A program made the translations under genes and the position numbers. Below, piece after piece: positions 46,311 to 57,740 of a DNA stretch of 64,000 nt. How positions within the stretch are numbered: position 1 is the stretch's first letter; the number at the start of each line of letters is the position of its first letter. The stretch is from Coniocarpon cinnabarinum. Its lineage: Eukaryota. Location: positions 124,001 to 188,000 of the forward strand of contig JAVECO010000012.1 in assembly GCA_051942205.1 (NCBI GenBank), read 5' to 3'. The notes under the pieces are model-generated. The model was not told the DNA's origin. It saw only the letters and a program-made list of their open reading frames with translations, and ran no database searches.

Positions 46311-47545
46311 CTACGCATTTCCTCGAGCCTTTCTGTAATCCGCTTCCTGCTCCTCTTGGAGCTGATCCACGGCCGGCGCCAAGTCCGAGAGTATCTCATG
46401 CGCGCGCTTGTGGTATTCCATTTGGGCGGCGATGAGCTCGGAGAGGTTGCGTAAGGGTTCGGGTGTGTCTAAAACCTGTTTGTGAATCCATCCGTCAGCA
46501 TCAACTTCATGTCGAACATGCACCCGGAAACAAAGGCAGGAACGGAACGGAATGGGAAAATACGCACATTTCGCATCACGCCTTCCGCTTCCTCCGTCTG
46601 CGCTACAAGCTCGTCCTCCTTCTTCTCCACTTCCCCGCCAGGTTCACCGCCACCCTGATTCATTTTCTTCCCTTTAGTCGCATCCAAGCTCAATCGCGCA
46701 TTCTCGACGCTTTTCCGCGCCTGAGTCGCAAACTTCAGATTCGTATTGAGCGTCGTGCTCCAGCCGGCCAGAAACCGCGACTGAATTTGCGCATCCTGGT
46801 TCAAGCGCGCTTCTCCTACTTTTTCCTCCGCAATGGCATACTTCTCAAGCGCCGCCGCGAGTGGGTCCTCTTTCGTGCTCCCGGTGTTGGTAGTGTGCAG
46901 GAGTTGGGAGGAGGCGAGGGCAGCGCGAGCGATGGCGTGGTTGAAGGTCTTGGGCTGGGGCTTTGCGGAGGGGGGAGCCGTGAAGGCGGCTTGTGCTTCT
47001 GAAGGAGAGGAAGCTGAAGAGAGCAGTGTCACTTTTTCGCCGATGGTGCGTCCGAGGTCGTTGAAGGATTCGCGAAGATTTGGGGGGTAGTCGTAGGATT
47101 CGTTGGTGTATTGGGAGCTGTGGTGGAAAAGAGTCAGTCAGCTGAGAGACGCTACCTTGGAGGCAGTGTGGAGGGAAAGAGGCCGGCGAAGGGGTGGGTG
47201 GGTGTCTTGTGGGTAAATTTGTCAGGCTTGACTTACGTGACTGCAAGCATTTTCATGTGCGCGCTCCTCAAGGCATCGACGCGTGTCTCGAGTTCGACAT
47301 AGTCGGCAGGAAGCTCAGTCTGCGCAGGTCAGCTACCCTAGTCCTAAGACACCCTGTGGTTACTTTCGAAGACGAGCCTTCTCTCCAGCTTGTCCAAACT
47401 GCTCCTTGAGCATCTGCTGCGTGCGGTTCGCAAACGGGGTGAAAGATGCCCTGTTTGAGAGTTAGTCCAACTTGTCGTCTGGTCTCATTTGGACCAGGGT
47501 GCAAACGCACGAGACATTCTTGCCAAAAGCCTGAAACTTGTCCAT
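46311..47545 (-). CDS. GVP36: BAR-domain protein Gvp36 family, 5 exons
   Basis: Exons 47545-47511, 47450-47378, 47319-47237, 47117-46568, 46475-46311; TELPADYVELE, YTNESYDYPPNLRESF, PKTFNHAIARA, EDELVAQTEEA. Confidence 0.9.
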
Positions 47546-47723
47546 CGTGAGAAGCAAGGCAAATATATGCCGACGCGGTGCTAGAAGAATGTGACGACAG
47601 GCTGTGCGGGTAAGTACGTGTGGATCAGCGGAGCTCTAGGTATATCAGCTGGGGCTTTCACATGTTTGAGGCAGCTGAGACCCGGGGGCGGTGACCGGCA
47701 ACCGCGATTGATGGAATATGATA

Positions 47724-47746
47724 GTCACGTGATTTTGCATCACGTG
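47724..47746. promoter_or_regulatory. Tandem E-boxes (CACGTG) upstream of GVP36
   Basis: gtcacgtgattttgcatcacgtg about 180 bp upstream of the ATG; matches the RTCACGTG bHLH (Cbf1-type) consensus. Confidence 0.45.
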
Positions 47747-48119
47747 TCGTGAAAAGTTTCCATGATGGATTAAGGGACGAAGAGAGGCTTCATACAGGAC
47801 TGCAGAGTTGGCAGCGAAATCTATGCCGCACAGAGTGGTCACTAATTAAATTCAATGCTCACAGCATTGGCAAATATTCACGCATACATCATTCTAACGA
47901 GCGGACGGACTACTGCAAACACGATGTACCAGCGCCTGCCCTTGTGTCGGCGACGTATCATGGTTCAACTCAGATGGTGCAGGCAAGCTTCCAATGAAAC
48001 GTATAATATCCGCGGGAATCATTTGAAAAGTCGCAGGCCGTTGCCGGCCGTTTCTCACTGCGCGATAGCCCTACGAATCACTGAGCCATCGAGGCATGTC
48101 TCCTGCTTTTGCTGACATC

Positions 48120-48383
48120 TCACTGATGTCGTTCGGCATTCTTGTCTTCCTCTTTGTCGCGTGCCACCTTCTTCTCATAGTCCTCTTTCGCTCCCGATGT
48201 GTCTTGAGAGGTGTCGAGCGTGCCTTTGTGGTTCAAGACTCGGGTACGACCAAGAGCACTCTCCAAAGACGCCGGAAGTATGTGCGCGTGAATTTTCGGT
48301 AGTCCGTGATGTCGAGAAGAGCTAGCCCCGTTGTCACTGGCTTTACCGTCATTGGTCGCGGTGGTTTTGGATTGATCGCTCAT
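48120..48383 (-). CDS. Small hydrophilic hypothetical protein (87 aa)
   Basis: ATG in an aaaATG context; hydrophilic ORF; TATA-like tataa about 140 bp upstream; no family recognised. Confidence 0.45.
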   Translation of the reverse strand: MSDQSKTTATNDGKASDNGASSSRHHGLPKIHAHILPASLESALGRTRVLNHKGTLDTSQDTSGAKEDYEKKVARDKEEDKNAERHQ

Positions 48384-50263
48384 TTTGGGAGAGGTTTTCT
48401 GCGCACGGGTTTGTTCGAGAGTCCAAATCTGAGGAAGGGTAACAAGTTATTCAGGTATTGAATTCTGTTGGAAATGAAGTTCACTCGAGCGTGAGCTGAC
48501 TTATATAACGCTTGTATCGTTAAACTGGCCGGCGTGTCCGTTGGTTGTGCCGAGAAACATACCTAAGCTGACGTGTGGTAAGCCTGTTTGAGAATGGGCA
48601 AATCGGGAACAGAAAAGGGGTGCTAGCTTGTCAACAAGTCGGATCGGCACTCGACTGTCTCTGAGTGCTGCGCGCATAAAATGTAGTGGGAGGGAATTCT
48701 GGCTCTTCTGCCAGTGCAAAAACATTTGTTTTCTTCTTTGCAAGAGCCTGAACAGCACGTGCTACTATTCGAATGTCGTCACTGCAGGATTCCCGTGGCA
48801 CTGAAGCTTTGAGTGTATTCATCGTGCATCAGAAAAGGAAGCATGCGCACGACTTTTCGGTCACGGCAACGCTGTCTAAACTTGGTTGGACTGAGTGGCG
48901 TGCGAGCCATGTTGCGACCCTGTGCGATTACTCCTCCCCTTTCACTGAACAGTTCACGGTTCGGACCCTTGTGACGGAAATTGCTGTGAAAGGAAAAGCT
49001 TTCGCTTGTCTTACTCATCATCAGCCGCTACGACCAATGGAGAAAATCAAAGCCGTCCAGTGTGCAACGTGAAACCATTAGTAAGCAAAGTGTGAAGTTG
49101 CACTGCTCACGAAGCATTCTCGAGCGTCTCAAATTGCGACGTGTAAGTAGAGTCATGATCTTGCATCTGCACATATGTTGCGACAGGCAGAGGAACACAA
49201 ATGAAACGTAGGTGTTATCTTGAGTAGCGTCGATGATTCACTATTCCGAGACTTTACACGGATCTTGTGTCTTCTGATCAGTGTCTGAAAAGAGATGACT
49301 GATACGCAGCGCAACAGATCGGATTCAACCGGCGCTCATGACGACCGTGTGCTTTCGCGCCGTGGTTACTTTAGGTGACGAGACGGTGAGCTAGTCACGT
49401 GACAGATGCTTCAAATTATCTCATGACGATTTGTTCCGCCGTCACTATGTGACGCTGATGGTCAATGCAATCTTCGAGATGTGCTCAGGAAGTGCGTTAC
49501 GAGCGAAAGTGTAGTGTGGTAACATGAGGTTGCGCCAGACTAAAATCGTGCGGAACAAGGGTGAGCTTTATGTTATGACTTAGCTACGTCGAGCAGTGGC
49601 CATTCCTCCACGAAGTCAATTAGCCATCCGTGAGAGCCTTAATTTCTCCGAGACCGAAGATGAAATACTACCAAGAGGCGTCTGTTGGGTCGATTCAGCA
49701 GTCTTATGAGCAGTGTCCCCAACACTCAGATGCAAAGAGAAAGCAGGGATCTTTATAGCTGGACAGGTAGCAACGAACTTAATGCAAATAGACTTCTTTA
49801 CTTGATTAACTGTCGACTGGTGTTTTGAAGTGATATCTACAGGTATTAACGACCAGGGCGGAAGATGACGTAGGAAGGATTCAAGACATCGCAAGGATTG
49901 CCATCGACGCGTCGTAGCAAAGATAACACGTATGTCACCAGTCCTGTGTCTGACGAGGCCCACATATACTTACTAGGATTGGACGTATGCGCCATAGTAA
50001 GTGTGAAGTCCATCTCGGCGATTCTTAGATGGTATCTGAGGACACGGTTGAACTTACATGGCCGGCAAAGCTTGTAGGTACTGCTTCCCTCCTTACTGCA
50101 AATTTTACCACACCTGCACGAACTCCGAGCGTGAGTTGCAAGACCGAAATCTCGACAACGCATCGAGCCTGCGAATTCCCTTGCGGCTCTAATTGCTATG
50201 GCGTCTAGACAATAGGACGACGACCACGTCATGGTCTTGACGAACCCCTCTTCGAAACGGCTA

Positions 50264-50674
50264 CTAGCTCAGTAAATTCGAAATTTTGAGCTTCTTATGC
50301 TGCTTCGGGCTAGATTGAGTCGTGCCTGACGAGTTTGCGGTATCTGATTCTCCTGGAGCCTGCCTATCTTTGTCTCCATGCGTGTTCGATGAGCCGGCAG
50401 GCGCAGAGGATTCCCCGTGTTGAGTCGCCGCCTTCGACGAGTCGCCCTTGGGGGCATCTGACCGTTGTTCCCGCTCGGCATTGAAGCCATGTAGATGGGT
50501 GATCATCCATTTGGTGACTCGACCAGGTTGATCGATGGAGTCTGATGGGACCTCCTCATTGTCATTCGAAGGTTCTGATTCATCGATGTGGGGGTAGTAA
50601 TCTCGATGGTGCGCCCACTCTTTCTTGGCAATATGCTTTTTGCACTTGGGAGAATACACAGGTAGACGGCGCAT
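50264..50674 (-). CDS. Small hypothetical protein with Cys/His N-terminus and disordered tail; 5' structure unresolved
   Basis: 136-aa ORF preceded by a ctaac...cag acceptor; ends KLKISNLLS. Confidence 0.35.
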   Translation of the reverse strand: MRRLPVYSPKCKKHIAKKEWAHHRDYYPHIDESEPSNDNEEVPSDSIDQPGRVTKWMITHLHGFNAEREQRSDAPKGDSSKAATQHGESSAPAGSSNTHGDKDRQAPGESDTANSSGTTQSSPKQHKKLKISNLLS

Positions 50675-51111
50675 TGTGCAGACTGTGCAGATACGGCGTT
50701 AGATTGTGTAGTTGCAGAGGAAGAGGGATGGGCTTCGCGAAGTTCCTTACTTTAGTGACCATTTCTCCGAGAATCAGGCTTTTAATAGCATCGAAGTTGC
50801 TCAGTGTGAATGATGAAAGGTGTCAACAATCTTTCAAGCCGTTTGAAGGATCTGTGACATCCATTAAAACGATCGGCATCCTTCAAAGCGTTTTGGAAGC
50901 AGCACTTGCGTCAGCAGCGTCTCGACTGGCGGACCTTGCATCGAGATATCAAACGCGTTCTGATATCGATAGAGGCTTGGCGAGGAGGTAGATTCGCGTT
51001 TATTCTCAACCTTGCAAGCACTCGCATGGACAACCCACGATGACTTCCACGCAAACGGAGACCACTTTGCTATCTTTATCTCAAACCACTCGCAAGATAC
51101 TTTATGTCGCT

Positions 51112-51552
51112 TTAATTGATTATCGTCGATAGCAGCGATCTGTGGTCCTTGCCCTTCCTCTCATAAGATTTTCGTCGTCCGAAACCGCTCGTAGACGACC
51201 AGCGTCCGGGCTGAACTGGCTGAGACTTGTCGAGCGGCTTCGGCTCCTCTAAGACCTGACCTTTGTCGTTGTACTTCATTCTTGACCAGTCTACAGATGG
51301 GAGGGTGTTAGGTGAAGCTGACGCTTGCAGCGGAGATGACTTTGGTCGTTCGGTAGAGCCTGAACCGTGCCTAAAGGCGTCCATCACGCGAGTGACCAGA
51401 CCACGTTTATTGGTTGATGCCGTTTCAGGCTGCTCGTGGGAAGAGGGTTGCCCGGTTGAACAGTCGCGATTGTGTCTCTGATGAAAGTGGAGATCCTCGT
51501 GCTTAGTAAATAGTTCATTACATCCGGAGCACACAAGCGAGTGGCTAGTCAT
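51112..51552 (-). CDS. Small single C2H2-type zinc-finger protein
   Basis: LVCSGCNELFTKHEDLHFHQRH followed by a disordered tail. Confidence 0.65.
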   Translation of the reverse strand: MTSHSLVCSGCNELFTKHEDLHFHQRHNRDCSTGQPSSHEQPETASTNKRGLVTRVMDAFRHGSGSTERPKSSPLQASASPNTLPSVDWSRMKYNDKGQVLEEPKPLDKSQPVQPGRWSSTSGFGRRKSYERKGKDHRSLLSTIIN

Positions 51553-52738
51553 TGTTGAGGATATGTCTGCGGAGCTTTGAGCTCTTGTATTAGTCGTATG
51601 CCTAGATTGATCTTTTACCGCGTTAGAGTTTTGCACGTATAGTTCGTGACGATGACTTTAACGGTAAATGAGACGGCCTCGTTGGCATGAGCGGTGAACA
51701 GCGTCTATCACATTTCAACACAGATCATTTGGCATTGGGTGGTCTAGGACTTGGTCCCGAATAGTTAATGACAACTGTCAGTGATGCGAAGGGACGCATA
51801 CAACACTTGTTGAATCGGTCATCCTTGCAAAAGTTTCAGCAGCGGCCCGAGGACATGTGTCTTTCGCGCTTTTGAACAAGCCAACGACGCGGCTTCAGGA
51901 AACGATTCAAGGCAAACACCTGAGACATTTCCAGCAAGATATACTATAGGGCTCGTTTTCCGAGGAACTTTATGCAAGATCGGGTAATGGTCCTAAACGT
52001 ACCAAGTGCGCCATCGAGTACACGTCGAACAGAACACGTATGTTCGGGGCCGTAAATTAATTTGTATCTTTTGCGCCAATGCCAAGTTGCAACACAAGCC
52101 GTGCGCAAACTCGGTGATGACCTTGCTAGGGCGCGGGACGGGTACGGGTCGCCTTGTTGGTGCTGGACTTTGTATTCCGCATCATCCTGGCGAACGGGAC
52201 GTCACGGCGACATCGGCAAGAGTGAGGTCATTTCGAATCATCGACGTAAGGCATTGGCGGGTTTCATTACACAGCGGCAGATATGACAGATGAGATGGTT
52301 GATGGCAAAGATTTGGTGGGCAACTTGTACTGGACACAGGTGGCAGAAAAAGCTGCTCAGGGGTGGGGGCGGCAAGGCGGCTAGCGGATAAGGTTAAGCG
52401 TCTATCCTCGAATCATGGCACCGTGTGCGCCTTGCTACGCGTAGGTGTTGACTTTCTCGAAACATCAAGAATCCGTCAGATGTCTCGCACCAAGTTTGTG
52501 AGATCATAGGCGTTGACCGGAAATCTGCGCGTAGTACGACCATCCAGAGACAAGGCCACTGTAGTCTCTCACACGATACAAGAAAGACGTGCGTCCTCAA
52601 CAAGTGTGAAACTGGATGCGATATGCAACGCCAACAATGCGCTGCTAAGATGTGCAATAGCCTCTAATCAAGGGTTGTGACTCGCAGTAAATACATTGAC
52701 CATGAGCCTGTTTCTGGCGCTGTTTCGACATCCATACC

Positions 52739-53825
52739 CTAGCTAAAGATGTTCCTGGGTCCAGACGGCTTATCGTGGGCAGAAACACCATAGACCCGAG
52801 ACCCTTGTTCACCACCAGCGTTCTGACTTTCCTGACTGCTGCCAGTGTTCTGGGGTTTCTGATTCTGTTCAGGAGGTTGAGCTTGCGCATGATGTGGCAT
52901 ATGCAGCCCTAGGTGACTGTGTCCGGGGGCGCCTTCATGAGGTGCCGATGTCGAAGATTGCGCGAGACCTTCGCTAGATTGCCCCGTTTCCTGAGTGTGG
53001 GTGCCCGTTGACGCCGCAGCAGCTGGCGCTCCAGTAGTGTCGTCGGCGCTGGAGCGGGTAGGCAGGTGTGGAGTCAACCTTCGCCCTAGTTTCTGCGCTT
53101 CCGCAATCAAATGTGAGCTGGGTTTCGGCGGCTCATACGCCGCAGACTGCAAGGGATGGCCATTATCGTCGACGTCTGGGTGCGAGGCGTTCATATGTTT
53201 CCGGAATGCTGCAGCATGCCGAAAGCTATCGTTGCATATTTGACACCTAACAAGCGATTGGACATAGTCAGTCAATCGTATCCCTCACGTTTACCTGGTC
53301 TGCTTTGGCAAGCATGGGGCTCTTAGTCTTACACGTAGGTATTTCTGTTCGAGACACGTCAGCAAGTCGCAGTCATACACACAAAGCACAGATGAATTAC
53401 AAATCATCAACGGATTGTCCAGAGCTATAGCCGTGCGTCGATGGGCCGGCGGCTGTCGAAGAATCTGCGTGCTCGTTGGCCCTGTGAGGCTCAAGGTCAT
53501 GCTGAGTGCGTAGTTGTTTGCCACAGTCTGGACATGTAAAGGTCTCGTCGGCATGTTTACTCGAGATGTGAAGTGAAAGCCCTCCGGAGTTGAGGAAACC
53601 CTTGTGAGAGGGGCATTTCAAGCACCTGTTGCGCGATTGAAACCGATCAGTTCGAAGTTTCTTGCCATTGCATTGCTCTTGTTCTCTAAGCCCATGTGGT
53701 GATGTCTTACCGCCAGGGTCGTCTGTTTGCGCAAACAGTCAGTCAAATCCAACTACTGGCGACGCATGCCAGGGGTTGCCTTCTTCCGCAACATGATTTC
53801 CCAACCTGAGGATGCGAATTGGCAT
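52739..53825 (-). CDS. Three-finger C2H2 zinc-finger protein, 5 exons including two 12-nt microexons
   Basis: Exons 53825-53806, 53722-53711, 53625-53401, 53344-53333, 53246-52739 give MPIRILRRPWRCLKC...HISSKH, FTCPDC...HRANEH and NTYVCQIC...HMNASH. Confidence 0.75.
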
Positions 53826-54717
53826 GGTCGTTTCTGCCAACTGCACATATAACGAACATTGCCTCATGCAACTTGCCCATGAGAAGCCTGAATGGAAAGT
53901 ATTTGGGGCGAGACCAAAATTCTGGAAAAACTCAATCGGAACTTACTCGGTTTCTTCACCAACTTTGCTCTTTTTCGGTGCCATTTCTTCAGGCGAGTCA
54001 AGCTCTCAAGGTGAGCTGGTGAGGCAGATATAAGGCATAGAAGTTTCGATATTCCATCGCAACACCTTGGCCTCGGGGAGGTTGACTTAAGTAGTAGCGC
54101 CTCTACTAATAAATTATCAAGGACAGCTGTCGACTATGGAAAAGGACACCGCCCCGTCATGATCTTACGACAATTTGCGACGGCCACGTGTAGTATACAG
54201 CCCGTCATTCGTAGCTATTCTGGCCAAATAGGTTCAAGTTGCGATGCAAACACCTCCGGGGCGAATTCCAGCATCACGTTGATGAAACAGGTTGAACTTG
54301 CGATGACTTAAACGCGAGGCTGGGGGCTACTTGCTGTGCCGACCGATGGCACAGATTTAAAGATGGGATAGCGTTATGCCATCGTAGGTACTTAATTGCG
54401 CATGCGTGCGTGCTTGTATCTTGTAGCTTGAAGCGACAACGGGGTTCGACGCGGGAGACTGGGTTCGTAATGCCGAAAGCCCTTTGCAGTAGGGCAATCT
54501 CTACCGGTAGAAGCTCAAGAGACCCTAGAAATTTGTGTTGCTAAGCATCTTGTTTGAATATCCATTCAGTGTTGCTCCAGGTCCTGCAGTTCGGCATCTT
54601 GGCTATGAAGTCCACGGGCTGAGATCACAGAGGCCCGCCCCGTAATTGATTCACCTCGAGTACATGGGATTCCAGGGACTCTCTGAAGCTGGTCGTAACC
54701 AGCAAGCTCACAACCTG

Positions 54718-55884
54718 TCACCCCATCACGTCACCCCAAAACCGACCACGACGGCTATGACCGCCTTGATTGTCAGTAGCGTGAGTGTCTTGGCTTCCTT
54801 CAGCAGGTGGATCACTTTCTTCAGTGGGCTGAGCTTCATTGCTAGCACCAGCATGGTGAGCTGTTGGATGTAAGAAACTGGACATCTGGAATCGACCCTG
54901 GGAAGATGAGGAAGCCTGTGTAGGAGCACCTCCATAAGACGAGTACGCCGAGGAGGGGGCTCCGGCAGTGGTGTCTTGACCATGGTGCCCGTATTCTTGA
55001 CTATGACCCTCAGACCCTCCCCAGCGAAACATTCCGGGAATGAGATGTCTTGGGTCGTGGTGCTGAGGCCCTTGATTGTGTTGCGGAGTTGCTGAGTATG
55101 CCGCGATGTTTTGACCGCTATGTGTGGAACCTCCGTACCCTTGAGCGCCGTACCCTTGAGCGCCATACTCTTGAGCGCCATACACTTGTACACCGGCACC
55201 AGCACCAGAAGCTGAAGAAGCGGCGGCTGCGGCGCTTTCAGCATGGTCAGAGCGTGTGCTCGGATGCAAACTCATAGCTGCTATTACGTATTGCGCAGGC
55301 GCGTCACTCGCGAGATTCCAGGGATTGCTCACCAATTGTAAACTCTTCCTTTTCAAAAGGACGTCGCTATGGTGTGGCATATCCTTCATTGCCAAGTACT
55401 GTGCGTAAGCGTGTTGATCTTTTGCTGGTAAGTCCATGATTTTATTCATCCATTGCTCGTAAGGCATTTCTTCCACTTTGTTTGCTTTCCTCCATCTATT
55501 GTTCAGCTGTTGCTGCCCTGATCCATTTGTGAGTGAAAGAAAAGAAGCTTGTAACGCATAGTGGCGCATTGTGGTGCACGGGAAAATGGTACTGACCATC
55601 TTGCTGATGAAGAGCTATATGTTCTGTCAGTCTCGTCGCTCGTGGAAAACCTGTGATTGACCATGGACAAGCTTGATGCGGACACCTGTTACGGATTCGA
55701 AAGCAATCAGTCTCCAATTCGCTTCAATTAGATGCTCTTGTATTTGACCATGATATCAGGGCCCTTACTTGTGAGACTTTACTCTGTGCAAAAAAGTCAG
55801 TAGGCTATTGCGAAAAGTTGATGATGCACTCATGGTACTAGTGCTCTATGACTTCGGAGAGCTCAAGAACGGCGAATACCTCAT
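54718..55884 (-). CDS. C2H2 zinc-finger protein with Gly/Gln/Tyr-rich low-complexity C-terminus
   Basis: Exons 55884-55880, 55783-55769, 55685-55597, 55517-54718: MRVKSHKCPHQACPWSITGFPRATRLTEHIALH, then YGAQ(E/G) repeats. First exon is tentative. Confidence 0.65.
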
Positions 55885-57740
55885 GACAACACACTTGTGT
55901 GGACGTTCCACTTTGCAAGTCGAGGACCGTGAAAAACAGACTGGAGTAAATTGAATCAGCGAGGTACATGTTGCGGGAACTTACGCGGAATCCCAAGGAT
56001 TTGGTAACATTGTCGATGTTCCCACGTGCTTTGAAAGCTTTGCGAAAAGAGACTGCTCTAGATTGGTGGTGTGAGGCTATACGAGGAAAGTATGTAAAGT
56101 TAAAATGAAAAATCAAGAACTTATTTATACAGCAAAGACAGATTCATGAAACGAATCTCAAGTGTACAAGGAAGCGACTCGTGTACTTGAGTTCTTATTG
56201 ATAGGTGTTAACATTGTGTATGCATGAGAGAAGAGAACACTTAGCAAACCTAGCAATGAGCACGAAACCAATGGCACGTATTACGTCATCAACTGTTGAG
56301 TCAAAATTGTGAAGTTTAGTCCAGTAAGCAGCGTCCAAATTCATAAACAAGAGCCATGTGACCGGGGTGACTGTGTGATCCTGCGTGGAGTCGTTGTTGA
56401 AACAAGTGCAAACCGCGACGAGACGGGAGGAGACTCATGGCGACGTCGAACTGACTTCGCTGAAACGGGTTGAAGTTGCGACGGTTCTGGAAGCAAAAGG
56501 CTCCGCTCGACGGACTAACTCGACCGCTCTGCGACACGCGTGGTAACTTTGCTTCGCCGCAACCTGGTTGAAGCGTTAATTCTTGGAGCGGGGCAGCTTC
56601 CAGGGCCAGCTGCCTGATATTGTAGTTCATTCAATGTGACATGATATTCAAGATATGGGCATACGCGCATATGTGCAACACCCAAATCAGTGATCTAGAC
56701 TTTTTTGGATGAGTGTTCAGACATAGCAACAAGCTTGCAGCAAACGATTTCGTGGCATGCAAGCGCACCAGACTATCATTGCAAGAGGCCCAAACCGCGA
56801 TGTAAACCGCTTTACAACGGGATCGTGACCCGCAACACCGAGACAGGTCGAATCCGCGATATAACAATATGGGGCGCCGTTTTGTGTGTCTTAAAAGGGT
56901 CCAAGTCGCGATACTGAGTACGTGGCGAGAATTCAAAACTGATCTGTGGCTCTCAACCATCGGACGATTCGACTTAAAGCTATGTTGAACATGTTTTGGC
57001 TTAGTGATGCACGGAGTATCGTGCATCGTCATGCGTGTTCCACGATCAGTATTTTGACGTATAAAAGACAGATTAAAGAGGTGAATAGCTCGCCAGTTTG
57101 TTTCTTTTACAGACAGGGGATCATCAGGTAAAGGCAGGACATGTTCTGCGTACACCTGATGTCGCAAACTATAACGTACACGTCGTAGATGAAGCGAGCA
57201 GGCGGAATTGAGATTCGAGATTTAGGTCTACTGGGCCCCTATATCTGCGCACGCCGTGGTACGCCAGAGATCAAAGCGAGGTTAGCGCAACCCCTAAAGT
57301 GGCGGTGGAGGCGCAGTCTGGTTGCCTAATCACGTGCTGTCAACTTTCTTCCCCCGATTGTCTGTACAGCCCACCCGATTCACGACCACGCTTCATACTC
57401 TTTCGCGTTTTAATGAGGCCGGTGAATTGTTCACAGGCGTGTCAACCGGGTCTCGCGCTTAAGCTTTTCCTTCAAATGATCCCCACTTCACTTTCTTTTC
57501 CGAGATTTGAGTCGTGTTATAACAAATGCTGGTCGGCAGGTATTTGGATGGTTTCATGAGTCTCGACCTTGGCTTCTTTGGAGTTCCATGCAGGAGCGCG
57601 GCGTTTCCTAGACATCTTGACGACGCTGAGACATTAGGCAGAAACTCCTCCTACAATCTCCTGCTTTAATGTTCATTCTTCTGAGCTCTCCCCTCCGTTG
57701 CCTGTCTTGATGCATGCGAGTCCTTGTGTCATCGCTCTTC

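Noticed and set aside
49846..50232. 128-aa Cys-rich ORF with CRPC as another F-box-like family member
   Set aside because: Lacks the first F-box-like block; similarity limited to a CxxC, which is insufficient.
54430..54480. GGTTCGA-like T-loop words suggesting a tRNA
   Set aside because: No cloverleaf, acceptor stem or A-box could be built.
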